The position numbers and the translations under genes are program-made. Source: an uncultured virus (IMG/VR IMGVR_UViG_3300031760_006602) (taxonomy: Duplodnaviria; Heunggongvirae; Uroviricota; Caudoviricetes). From it: a stretch of DNA of 64,000 nucleotides. Shown in pieces: positions 19,726-29,940 of the stretch. Position 1 is the first letter of the stretch, and each line of letters begins with the position of its first letter. The notes under the pieces are model-generated. The model did not search any database. It was not told the DNA's origin and was given only the letters and a program-made list of their open reading frames with translations. Where the stretch lies: IMG/VR virus record IMGVR_UViG_3300031760_006602. One strand, given 5' to 3'.

Positions 19726-20637
19726 ATGTCTATAAGTTTATTAAAACGATATAAAAATGAGATAGAGGTAATTTTAAGTAAAACTAAAAAGAGGTTATAT
19801 ATTGGTAATGTTAGCAATCATGTTTACTTTACTATAAAGTGTCCTTGGAGTGGGAGTGAAAATTCTTATTGTCATTCTTTGTACTTTGGAAATAAAATAC
19901 CTTTTAAAAAGTTACTTAAAGCAGTAGAAGATAGTGGACTGGTTTATGTAGGAATTGATTTAGATAGATATGTTGAACATCTTTTTTTAGATAATTCTTT
20001 TAGTGGAATTTATAATTATTTAAGCATTTCTGATATAGATAGAATTGCTGTATTTTTGCTTAGAGAAATGTTGGTTGGTGAGTTTAGGTATATCAGAAAT
20101 GAGTGTGGGGACTCAAGAAATTTAAATGGTTATAAAGGTGAATTGGTTCTTGAAAATTATAAAAATTATATAGATGGAAATATTTTTGAGAAAGACGGTA
20201 ACGGGAATATCCTTTGTAAGGAAGTTGGTTATTGGGATGTATATACGTTTTTTGATAAGTTTGTGGAAAATAATTATAAAGACACTATGGTAAAGAATAA
20301 TAAGTATTATAAGAGGTTCGTAAAAGCAGTAGAAGATTTTTATAGTAATATTAATTTAAAACTTGCTGATGGAGAGTTTCCAAAATTAAACAATAGAAAT
20401 TTCTTACCTATAGTAGTTTTGGATTTTGATAAGGATTCAGCTGTTTATCTTTATAAAAGTAGGTTAACCGATAGTGGTGGAACTGAAATGTATAGAAAAG
20501 GGTTAAATCGTGAAACTATACAGTATTTTTTACAAAGTACTGTATATATTGTGCCTTTTGTAAATACAATAGCAGTTGATTATCAAGGAAAAGAAGTTAG
20601 AATGAATAACTATGAACATATTTATGTTAAGGTTTGA
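19726..20637 (+). CDS. Paralogue family A member 3
   Basis: MSISLLKRYKNE; AVEDSGLVYVGIDLDR; DGEFPKLNNRNFLP. Confidence 0.8.
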   Translation: MSISLLKRYKNEIEVILSKTKKRLYIGNVSNHVYFTIKCPWSGSENSYCHSLYFGNKIPFKKLLKAVEDSGLVYVGIDLDRYVEHLFLDNSFSGIYNYLSISDIDRIAVFLLREMLVGEFRYIRNECGDSRNLNGYKGELVLENYKNYIDGNIFEKDGNGNILCKEVGYWDVYTFFDKFVENNYKDTMVKNNKYYKRFVKAVEDFYSNINLKLADGEFPKLNNRNFLPIVVLDFDKDSAVYLYKSRLTDSGGTEMYRKGLNRETIQYFLQSTVYIVPFVNTIAVDYQGKEVRMNNYEHIYVKV

Positions 20638-20652
20638 TTGAGGTTATTTGAA

Positions 20653-21573
20653 ATGTCCATTAGTTTATTAAAACGTTATAAAAATGAGGTAAATTTATGT
20701 GTGAAGGAGGTAAAAGAGGGGTTAAAAGGTTCAGATTTTTATGAAATTATTACGCCTGTACATGTAAAATTGCCCTATATTAATGATGACTTTGTTGGAA
20801 GGGATTTTTCTTTATCGATAGATGGGCTAGTATTAAATAATATATATGCAATAGAGTCTAATGGGTTAGTTTATATTGGTTCTGATATTACTAAAAAAAT
20901 TATGTCAGATATAATAAGTTATTCTATAAAACAAAAACCGTTTTGTTCTGAAGATAGTGTAGTTTTACATTATATGAAACAGATTTTGTTTAAAGAGATT
21001 GATTATATTACAGACATTTATCTTAATAGCTATGATGATAGTGTTGGTAAGTTTGACATTACCGGATATAGTAAAGATTTAGTATTAGAAGACGAGGAAT
21101 GGTATATATGGGGAGGTATCTTTGATAGAAAAGGTAGTAAACTCTATTGTAATTTAATTTATTTATCAGGTCTTGAAGAAAAGGTCGATAATATTTTAAC
21201 AGGTATGCGTAAATCCGGTGTTTTACAGAAAATTAAAATTTATAATAAGTTAAAAGAAATAGTTGAAGACCTTCATAATATCGAAGTTTCTTTGTCCGAT
21301 AAAGAATATCCAAAATTAAATAATCGTAAGTTTTTACCTATAGCTGTTATAGATTTTAGTAAAAATATTGTTTCTTATTATAAAGATAGAAGAAATATGA
21401 AAACAGAAGATAATGTAAATTTTTCTGCAAGTTCAAGGGGTTTAGTTAAAAGAGAGTTGGATGACTTTATGGGGGGTAAACGACTTTGTTATCCTCCTTT
21501 ACATTTATTAAAGTTTAGTATGAATGGTAGAGAGGCAAGACTTGGGGGAACTCTTGAGTTATGGAATAAATAA
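20653..21573 (+). CDS. Paralogue family A member 4
   Basis: MSISLLKRYKNE from ATG 20653; GLVYIGSD; EYPKLNNRKFLP. Confidence 0.8.
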   Translation: MSISLLKRYKNEVNLCVKEVKEGLKGSDFYEIITPVHVKLPYINDDFVGRDFSLSIDGLVLNNIYAIESNGLVYIGSDITKKIMSDIISYSIKQKPFCSEDSVVLHYMKQILFKEIDYITDIYLNSYDDSVGKFDITGYSKDLVLEDEEWYIWGGIFDRKGSKLYCNLIYLSGLEEKVDNILTGMRKSGVLQKIKIYNKLKEIVEDLHNIEVSLSDKEYPKLNNRKFLPIAVIDFSKNIVSYYKDRRNMKTEDNVNFSASSRGLVKRELDDFMGGKRLCYPPLHLLKFSMNGREARLGGTLELWNK

Positions 21574-21584
21574 TAGGTGTTATC

Positions 21585-22451
21585 ATGGGTTTAAGTTTAT
21601 CAAAAAGGTATAAAAATGAAATAGGGTTAGTATTAAATATAATTAAAAGAAATTTTGTTAGTAGCATAATATCTGATTATAGAAATTGTATTAGAAGGTT
21701 TTATGATTTTTCTTATAATGAATCAACTTTTAGTTTGTATTTAAATTGGTTAAGTTTGTCTAAAACTGATATAACTGAATTTTCAGTTTATGAGTTAAAT
21801 AAAAAGGTTTACATAGGATTAGATTTATCTAAAATAAGGTCTGAGTATTTTGATTTTCGAAGTTTAAATAGGGGTACTTATGATGCAGAAAATATATTTG
21901 ATGGGTATGCCGAAAATGAAGTAGATAATTGTACAATGTCTTGTATTTATTATATGTTAGAATATGATTGTTTGAGAAGGGAAAAAACAAGCAAGTTTGA
22001 TATAGTACCTTTTGAAATATGTAAAGAGTATGGTTTAGCTCAGATAGATACAGGTGGAAAAAGGGTTTATAAGGTAGATGATTTAACATTTCTTTTTAAT
22101 ATGGTAGCAAATCTATATTATAATAAGAAAAGGTTACAAGACTTAGATTGTTGGAATAAAGTTTATAAATGTGTGGACAGTATAGTAAACGATTCTTGTT
22201 TAGTATTAAGGAAGGGGTATTTTAAAGATATTAGTAACAGAAAATTTTTACCAGTTTGTGAAATTGATTTTAGTAAAGATACTGTAAGAGCGTGTGTAGA
22301 TTTTCAAAACGATTCAGCAAATCTCAAAAAATTTGATTTTTCTGATTTTGTTCGTAAGGGTGATGGTTATGGGTACTATTTACCTATGTACGCTTGTGTT
22401 ATGTGGGATGGTGATAAGCACTATGCAGATGGGACAGTTTATCGTGTTTAA
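21585..22451 (+). CDS. Paralogue family A member 5
   Basis: MGLSLSKRYKNE; VYIGLDL; ISNRKFLP. Confidence 0.75.
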   Translation: MGLSLSKRYKNEIGLVLNIIKRNFVSSIISDYRNCIRRFYDFSYNESTFSLYLNWLSLSKTDITEFSVYELNKKVYIGLDLSKIRSEYFDFRSLNRGTYDAENIFDGYAENEVDNCTMSCIYYMLEYDCLRREKTSKFDIVPFEICKEYGLAQIDTGGKRVYKVDDLTFLFNMVANLYYNKKRLQDLDCWNKVYKCVDSIVNDSCLVLRKGYFKDISNRKFLPVCEIDFSKDTVRACVDFQNDSANLKKFDFSDFVRKGDGYGYYLPMYACVMWDGDKHYADGTVYRV

Positions 22452-22481
22452 TTAAAAAAATCTTTAAAAAATATTAAAAAA

Positions 22482-22514
22482 TTACTTTACATTAAGTAAA
22501 TCTTATGTTATAAT
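22482..22514 (+). promoter_or_regulatory. Sigma70/SigA-type extended -10 promoter with palindromic operator
   Basis: TTTACA-17bp-TATAAT with TG; TACTT-N6-AAGTA overlaps the -35. Confidence 0.8.
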
Positions 22515-22578
22515 ATGTGCAGGAAAGGGAAAATAAGGTAAATTTGGTAATAGGTAAGTGGTATGGGAGGTAAAAATC

Positions 22579-23562
22579 ATGGCAGTTAGAACAAAATCTT
22601 TGGTAAGTATCATTCGTAAGTATGGGTGGTCTTTGAAACGTAAGTGGCAGAAAAAGAACCGTATCCCTTATAAAGATATTGTAAGGGGTTTACTCCAGAT
22701 GGAAAAGAACGAGTTACAGATTTCTGAGGTTATCGATAATTATCTGCATCCTGAAAAATCTAAATCTAAACACTGTCAGTTGGATGGTTGTGGTCAGAGA
22801 ATCCGTTATGAGTATGTATTGAAAAGCAAGAAAACCGGGGAAGAAAAGATTGTTGGTTCGACTTGTGTATGGGTTGTAATGGGTTTCTCTGAAGTTGAAA
22901 AAGTACGTTTTGGGAAGCTTGATAGTGCAGTTAGGGATTACTTCTCCGCCCAGCAGTGGAAAAAAGAACATGCAGACCTTTGGTCTAAACTTGAAAGACT
23001 GAAAGCCGAAGGATTTACAGAGTTCACCCCTTTTTGGGAAGAGTTGGATTATGTTGCTCTCTGTCAAGAAGATACTGATTATATCGCACAGATTGATGTA
23101 GATAGTTTAATCAAGGTTAGAGAAGAGAAACGTAAACGTGAGGCTGAACGTAAAGCCGAGATGGAACGTATTTGGAAAGCAAACAAAGAGGAAAGGGAAA
23201 GAATAGACGCCGATTATACAAAAGTTATTAACGCTCTTGATAACTTAATTACTCTGTATCCTAACAATACTTTTTATCCTGATTTGAAAAAACGTAGTTT
23301 GTTATATCGTCTTTCTCCGAGGCAGATTAAATGTGTAAAGGTTGACTACAACAAACATTGGTACAATACGAAAATTAAAGGTACAAAGTTTGACCTTCCG
23401 GATTTTGAAACGATTGTAAAAGATTTTGCAGCTAAATGCAGTATTGTATTAGGAAGCTTGGGTTTTGAAAAACAAATTTCTGATGCTATCAAGTTTGCAA
23501 AAAGTTCTAAACTTGACTTGGCTTGGAAAATTTACCGTGTAAAGCATGAAATTGTATCATAG
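22579..23562 (+). CDS. Hypothetical protein with putative Zn-binding motif
   Basis: CQLDGC...VGSTC and a charged coiled region; RBS ggagg before ATG 22579. Confidence 0.6.
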   Translation: MAVRTKSLVSIIRKYGWSLKRKWQKKNRIPYKDIVRGLLQMEKNELQISEVIDNYLHPEKSKSKHCQLDGCGQRIRYEYVLKSKKTGEEKIVGSTCVWVVMGFSEVEKVRFGKLDSAVRDYFSAQQWKKEHADLWSKLERLKAEGFTEFTPFWEELDYVALCQEDTDYIAQIDVDSLIKVREEKRKREAERKAEMERIWKANKEERERIDADYTKVINALDNLITLYPNNTFYPDLKKRSLLYRLSPRQIKCVKVDYNKHWYNTKIKGTKFDLPDFETIVKDFAAKCSIVLGSLGFEKQISDAIKFAKSSKLDLAWKIYRVKHEIVS

Positions 23563-23874
23563 GAAGGACAACATACAGTGAAAAATGTTATAAATGAAAG
23601 TAAAATTAATAAGTCGATTGATGATTTAAAAAAACGCCAACATGAGATTAGAATGGAGTATACAGACCCGTTTCAAGCAGCATCTGATTTAGAAAATTTA
23701 CATGTAGCTATTGTTGGTTTAAGTTTTTGTAAAAAGTATTTGAAAGAGAATAATATGAAAGAAATAAAAGTTTAATATGAAACACCTCTATTTTACAATA
23801 TTTGTGAATGGGGGTGTTTTATATATAATTGTAAATTGGATTACTATTATTTTAGTTATATTTTGGAGGTTTTT

Positions 23875-26013
23875 ATGGGGTTAGATAGTTTATTTAAGGA
23901 TAGAGAAGTACGGAAACTTGTGAAAGAGTCTGTTTATAATGCAGAAGATAATGGTAGAAATATATGTGAATCATGTGGTGAAGAAAGTTTACATACTTTC
24001 AATATTTTTGGAAAGTGTTTGTGTGAGAGTTGCTCTGAAAAGTTGATAGAAGAGTCTAATAACTATGACGAATGTTTTGAGTCAGTAAATGACTTAACTA
24101 AATATTTTGTTTCAGAGGGTTATGTTATTGCAAATTTGAGGAAACTTGAAGCAGATGCTAATGCAAAATTTGGGGGTAATATAAAAGATTTATTAAACTC
24201 CTATAATCTTGGAGCCAAAGATGATTGGAATTATAGGTATCATGAGGGTCTAATATGGTTAAATGATAGTGTTTTTTCTTCTGGAAAGTCTAATATTAAT
24301 AAGTTTATGAATGATTATAGCTGTGGGTTCCGTTCTTCAAAATTCCCTAATATAGTGCCTGATTCAGATGGAACTACTTATAAACCTGTAGCTATTGGAA
24401 AAAATGACCCTATTAGAAAAGACAATTTAGCTGTTGTTTCCACTTCGGTATGGAATCGTAATATAAGTAATGGGAAGAGTAGTTCAAATAGTACACCTAC
24501 TGTAACAACACAAGCAAAGACAAATGTAGTTCCAGCCGCTCCTGCACCAGCACAAGCACCACAAAAAGCGAATCCTACTATTAAAAACACAAAACCTGTT
24601 ACAGATGTTAAGTCAGCAGGGTTAAAATTAAAAGGTGATTTAGATAGTTTTAGTGTGGTAGTGGACAATGAAGATATTTTAAAATGTGGAACTGTTTTAG
24701 ATGCAAATGGTACAAGAACTGCAAATGTAACAGGTAATGTCAATAAAACAGAAGTAATTTCAGTAGGGAATTTATCTGAAGTAAAAGACGTTGCTGAGTG
24801 TATTTTAAATGCAGTTGTAACAAGTCCAGATAAATTCTTTAAATCTTTTGATGGAGAGTCTAACGAAATTTCTATAAATTCTTATGATTTTTATAAATTT
24901 GTATTAGACGCAAAATCTTTTGAAAAGGGTAAATTCTCTTTAGCGTTAAAATTCAGAAATAAAGTTTATCAAAATGTTAGGTATACATTAAGTACAAAAG
25001 CACTTTCCTCAAGAACAGCTTTAATCTCTGAATTAGAAAAAACATTAGAAGATAAGATAAGAGAACAGTATCCGTCTTTGTTTGATGGTAAGAATATCCT
25101 TAAAACTTCCTTAGGTAAGGTAGAGTTTGAGTTAGAAGATATGGATGAAAATAATAATCCTATTTTGTCTTTTGCTGTAGGGGATGCCGGGGTATTTAAA
25201 TATACTGTAACAGATAAAAATAAGTTTAAAACAGAAGACCCAAAAACTTATTTTAGTAATCTGATTTTAAATAATATTGAAAAAGTAATTAAACCTGGAT
25301 GGGAAAATTACGATAAACATGGTACAGGTAACCTTGAATGTGATTATGGGGATGATAAGACTGGGTATTGGATATATGCGAACTTTGATAAAAATGAGTT
25401 TTTAGATAGTGGTAATTTTGTATTTAAGTGCAGTATTATTGATAAACTTCATGGTATAGAACAACCAAAAACTCAAAAGAAAGTAATTTATAATAAAACT
25501 ACACCTTTATTCCAGTTCCTTGAAAAAGTTGGTAAGGATATTTATAGAGAATACTTTAAAGAGTCAGATATGAAAGATGTAATTACTACCTCTGCTTCTG
25601 AAAAAATGAAAAATCCAAGTAAGAGAATTGCTTTGTTTGATAAAGCCAGAGATATCTTTTTAACTAATAATAAGGGTTTGAAAAAAGATTTGGGCGATTA
25701 TGAGTTAGAGGTTTCATTTAATGTAAATAAGGATGGTAAATTGGTAGACGCTAAAATTATTATTACTGACCCTTATGCTGAATGTGATTCTAAAGATTTG
25801 TTTAAATTTATGGAACATAAAGATTTGAAAAATATAGTTGGTAAAACAGCAAGTTATAATGACTTTAAGTCTGTTCATAAAGTTACTTTTGAAGTGAAAG
25901 ATTTACAAAAATTCGCAGATGCAATTACTTTCTCAATACTTGAATCTATGGTATTTGAAGCGTTTGAGTTGGTAAGTGAATCGTCTGATGGTAGGAAAAC
26001 GTTTTATATGTAA
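23875..26013 (+). CDS. Large hypothetical protein, possibly virion-internal
   Basis: N-terminal CxxC..CxCxxC, Ala/Pro/Gln linker and many xxE-S motifs; RBS ggagg. Confidence 0.55.
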   Translation: MGLDSLFKDREVRKLVKESVYNAEDNGRNICESCGEESLHTFNIFGKCLCESCSEKLIEESNNYDECFESVNDLTKYFVSEGYVIANLRKLEADANAKFGGNIKDLLNSYNLGAKDDWNYRYHEGLIWLNDSVFSSGKSNINKFMNDYSCGFRSSKFPNIVPDSDGTTYKPVAIGKNDPIRKDNLAVVSTSVWNRNISNGKSSSNSTPTVTTQAKTNVVPAAPAPAQAPQKANPTIKNTKPVTDVKSAGLKLKGDLDSFSVVVDNEDILKCGTVLDANGTRTANVTGNVNKTEVISVGNLSEVKDVAECILNAVVTSPDKFFKSFDGESNEISINSYDFYKFVLDAKSFEKGKFSLALKFRNKVYQNVRYTLSTKALSSRTALISELEKTLEDKIREQYPSLFDGKNILKTSLGKVEFELEDMDENNNPILSFAVGDAGVFKYTVTDKNKFKTEDPKTYFSNLILNNIEKVIKPGWENYDKHGTGNLECDYGDDKTGYWIYANFDKNEFLDSGNFVFKCSIIDKLHGIEQPKTQKKVIYNKTTPLFQFLEKVGKDIYREYFKESDMKDVITTSASEKMKNPSKRIALFDKARDIFLTNNKGLKKDLGDYELEVSFNVNKDGKLVDAKIIITDPYAECDSKDLFKFMEHKDLKNIVGKTASYNDFKSVHKVTFEVKDLQKFADAITFSILESMVFEAFELVSESSDGRKTFYM

Positions 26014-26025
26014 GGAAGTAGTATT

Positions 26026-26676
26026 ATGAGAAAAGTAATAGAAGCGGGTATTTGTGGAACTGAAATAGGTTTACCTATAGATAAGGAAAATTGTGAAGGA
26101 ACTGATGTTGGAGGGGTTGCAACTCCAACAGGTTCCTTAAAACAAAAACCGAAAACAAGAGAGTTGTTTGAGGAAGATAAAGATAAGGAAGAAAGTAAAA
26201 AAGAACCAAAAGATAATTCAGGTATGGTATGTCCTGAATGTGGTTCAAAAAATGTAAATGTTCATAATAAAGATGATGAAGATGTATTTTTCTGTACTGA
26301 TTGTAGTTATAAATGGTCAGTAGAAGATGCGGATGATAATGGTAAATTAGATAGTAAACAAGATAGGAAAGAGATTCAAGGTAATATTATAAAAAATTTA
26401 AAAGATAGATTAAAGAAAGTGGAAAATAAGGTTAAAGATGATAAGGGTAGTAAAAAGGAAAAAGGTAAGGAACAAAAGAAAGAGGAGGTAAAAGAAGGTA
26501 TGGAATTAAGTAAAAGGTTTAAAGTAGGGAAAGAGTATTCCACAAAAGGAAATAAAACGTTTATTGTTAAAAAGGTTGTAGGTAATAATGTTCAGATTTA
26601 TGATGTAGATGCAGGTGAAAATGTAATTGTAAAAGCTGAATTTTTAAATAAATTGGAAAATGTGAAAGAGGTTTAA
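26026..26676 (+). CDS. Zn-ribbon-containing hypothetical protein
   Basis: CPECGS...CTDC; K/E-rich. Confidence 0.6.
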   Translation: MRKVIEAGICGTEIGLPIDKENCEGTDVGGVATPTGSLKQKPKTRELFEEDKDKEESKKEPKDNSGMVCPECGSKNVNVHNKDDEDVFFCTDCSYKWSVEDADDNGKLDSKQDRKEIQGNIIKNLKDRLKKVENKVKDDKGSKKEKGKEQKKEEVKEGMELSKRFKVGKEYSTKGNKTFIVKKVVGNNVQIYDVDAGENVIVKAEFLNKLENVKEV

Positions 26677-26677
26677 T

Positions 26678-27985
26678 ATGACTTATCCTGTTAATAAGGA
26701 AAATATTAAAGTAAACCAGAAAGAAGAGAAAGCTTTTATAGCAAAGTATTCTAAAAAGGTAAATGAGTTATTAGTTATTGCAAATCGTGTTTTTGGTTTT
26801 GCAAATTCAAATAAATTAGGTGTAATTTATGAAGAGATGATGGATATTGAATATAAAAAGTTTTCAATATTAGAGTCAGAAGGAGACTATGACGGGGTTT
26901 TCATAAATTATGAAGATGGTAATGGAACTCATTTCGGTTTAGAAAATGGTACAAAAGGAAAACCGTTTTTTAATATCGAGTTTTTAAGTGCAGACCCGAA
27001 AGAGTTTGAAAGAGAATTAAAAATTATGGAAAATGAGTTTTTAGGTTTTGAAAAAGAGTTTTATAAGTGGTTTGATAGTTTATAATCAGTTTTGGAGGTT
27101 AATATGATTAGTAAAAGAAATTTAGTTATTGAAGGTTTAGATGATAGATTAAATAAACTAAATTCTTTAAGCGATGATAATTTTGGTGGAAAAGAAAAGT
27201 TAATGGGAGAAGCTAAGAAAGCTTTAAAATCCGTAGAAAGTAAATATCAAAAAGATGTTGAAAGTATTTCATCTATTCTTGGTACCTTGTTAGAGTGGGA
27301 CGAGATAGGGTATCCTAAAAGTATTGGTAAAATTTTAAATGATTTAAGTAAGACTTATAAAGGTTTTGAAATTGATACTGATATGGGAGAGTTACATTTT
27401 AATGGGGATAGTTTTATAGTATCTATGGACACACATGATGGGTCTGCAGAATTTGCCATTTTAGATATGTTTGAAATGGATTCAGAATCAATTAAAGATT
27501 ATATTGATTCTATAAAAGGTTTTGAAAAAGAGTTTCCTTCTTTTAAAACAAACTTTGATGTAAAGGTACAAGAGTTTACAAGCTCAGGAACGTTCATTCC
27601 TATGGAAAAGAAAATTAAACCTAAAGTGAAAGAGTTGATGAACCTTGCATTAAAAATTGAAGAGTTGAAAGATAAAAATGGTACGATGAAAAATGTTTAT
27701 AAAGAAATGTTAAATATTAAAGCAATTGGTAAGGGTGTACATGGTTTTTATTTACAGTTTGCTTTAGAAGGTGAATTAGTTCTTAAACTTATGAGCCCAA
27801 AATCTGTTATGAGTATTATTTGCCGTTCTGATAATCGTGGAGGGGTAGTTATCAGTGGTAATATGTATGGTGGTGCAGGTTCTAAAGATGGATGGTTAGA
27901 TGAGTTTATTTCAGCTTGTTATCATTTTGAAAAGGTATTTGATGTTTTTGAAAATGAGTTTTATAAATGGTTCGATAAGTTATAA
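26678..27985 (+). other. Two related hypothetical CDSs (26678..27085 and about 27104..27985) sharing a repeated domain
   Basis: Both end in FExEFYKWFDxL; the second also has an internal GFEKEF copy. Confidence 0.65.
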
Positions 27986-28003
27986 TTTAAGGGAGATTAG
28001 ATT

Positions 28004-28882
28004 ATGTCAATAAATAAAATTATAGAAGCTTTGCAAGAAAGTGGTAACATGAAAGAGTTTGTAGCTGTTTTTTGGAGAGGGAATCCACAATTAAAAAATG
28101 GTGGGTATGAGACAGAAAGAACTATTGAAGCTAAAACTTTAAAAGCAGCTGAAAAGAAAGCAAAAGAAATAGAAAAGAAAGTTGCTTATGGTAGTATGAG
28201 TTTATTAAGGGTAGAAGAAAAAGAAACAGTACAAGAATCTCCTAATTTTAAATCACGTTTAGAAAAAATTGAAAATCTTGCCAATGAAGAAGTTGAAGAG
28301 GGTTCCAATTTTAAATCACGATTAGAAAAGTTAGATAAAATGGCAAATGAAAGTAAAGTTACAGAAGAGGATGTTCCTGATAGAAAACAGTATAAGGTAG
28401 ATGAAGATAGATGGGTTACAATTAAAGGAACACATGTTCTTATAAATAATAAAGGTGAAATTAAAGATGAAAAGTTGAGAAAAGAGATAGAGGGAAATAC
28501 AAAAGAAAGCAATAAAAAAGAAGATAAGAAGGAAGAAAAGAAAAACGTTAAAAAGAAATTTATAGAAAATGAAAAAGACTTTGATAGCGAAAGAGATAAT
28601 GTATTAAAGAAGTTTGGGGATGAGTATGGTTTTTCCACTGGTGAGCCTGGAGCAAGAGAACTTAAAAGGGCTTTATCAAAGAGATGGAAAATATTGAAGA
28701 AAATAAATCATTATAAGAGTAGGGGTATAGACTACGAGGATGACGATGACTTGAGAATGGATTATATGCAAAATATAGGTGATATTGAGGACTCTTTAGA
28801 TTATTTAGGTATTTCAAGTGACAGAGAAGAAGTGGAACGTGCTACTGATAAAATGCTTAAAGATTTAGGTTTAGACGGTTGA
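28004..28882 (+). CDS. Hypothetical, probable head-associated protein
   Basis: Duplicated NFKSRLEK segment; RWVTIKGTHVLI motif of a kind seen in phage head-associated proteins. Confidence 0.5.
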   Translation: MSINKIIEALQESGNMKEFVAVFWRGNPQLKNGGYETERTIEAKTLKAAEKKAKEIEKKVAYGSMSLLRVEEKETVQESPNFKSRLEKIENLANEEVEEGSNFKSRLEKLDKMANESKVTEEDVPDRKQYKVDEDRWVTIKGTHVLINNKGEIKDEKLRKEIEGNTKESNKKEDKKEEKKNVKKKFIENEKDFDSERDNVLKKFGDEYGFSTGEPGARELKRALSKRWKILKKINHYKSRGIDYEDDDDLRMDYMQNIGDIEDSLDYLGISSDREEVERATDKMLKDLGLDG

Positions 28883-29208
28883 GTATAATGAATAATAAAT
28901 TATCAGAAAAGCCTTGGGGTGACGTTGATAAAGATGAATTATTAAAATTCGTTATCAACCACCCTAAAATGGCTGATAAAATATATTTAAAAATTGAAAA
29001 AGATTGGCAAGATAATCCGCGTGAAAAACTATCATACCCTATCGCAGATAAGAATGGTACAGTTTATAGATATGGGTTATCTTCCGCTTTAACTTATGCA
29101 AAAGCAAATAATGAAACAGAAGTAGTAAAGAAAGTAAAAGATTTGTATAAGAAATTTAGTATTGATGAAGAAAGAATTATAATAAGTACTTTTTGAGGTG
29201 AAGTTCTA

Positions 29209-29940
29209 TTGTCTAAAAAATCAGGTATTCAGTATCAGGATGAGATTCCAGTTACTCTTAAAGATAGTTTATTTTATGGTTTAAGCTTGGATGAGGAACA
29301 AATTAAGTTTAGAGATGCCATATGGGATAACACAAAAAGAATAGTTTTTTGTAACGCTAAATCTGGAACAGGTAAAACTACAATTTCGTTAGGGGTTGCA
29401 AATCTGTTAGTACACTATGGGTTATATGACGGAATTATTTATGTAGTAAGCCCTACAATGGAAGAAAAGCAAGGGTACATTCCAGGTAGTGTAGAGGAAA
29501 AATCAGAGCCGTATGTACAGCCACTTTATGAAGCGTTAGTAACATTAGGTATAAATCCGTTTACTTCGGTAGTTTCAAATGATAGTTTGAAATCTCAAAA
29601 GGATGATAGTTCTTATATACGTTTTACACCACATACTTTTTTAAGGGGTTGTAATTTTGATAAGAAAGTAGTTATATTAGACGAATCTCAAAATTTTTAT
29701 AGAAGTGAGATTCAGAAAACGTTAACAAGAATAAAAGATACTTGTAAAGTAATTGTAATAGGACATACAGGTCAATGTGACTTATTTAAAAATTCTAAAA
29801 ATTCAGGGTTTAAGGTCACTATGGATTTATTTAGTTCAAAAAATGATAATAGGGTAGCTATTTGTAATTTGTCTGTAAATCATAGAGGGTGGATAAGTAC
29901 AGTAGCAGATGAATTAGAGAGTGAGATAAAAGGAGTATAG
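29209..29940 (+). CDS. phoH: PhoH-family ATPase
   Basis: SGTGKT, GYIPG, FLRG, ILDESQN, LTRI, GHTGQCD. Confidence 0.92.
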   Translation: MSKKSGIQYQDEIPVTLKDSLFYGLSLDEEQIKFRDAIWDNTKRIVFCNAKSGTGKTTISLGVANLLVHYGLYDGIIYVVSPTMEEKQGYIPGSVEEKSEPYVQPLYEALVTLGINPFTSVVSNDSLKSQKDDSSYIRFTPHTFLRGCNFDKKVVILDESQNFYRSEIQKTLTRIKDTCKVIVIGHTGQCDLFKNSKNSGFKVTMDLFSSKNDNRVAICNLSVNHRGWISTVADELESEIKGV

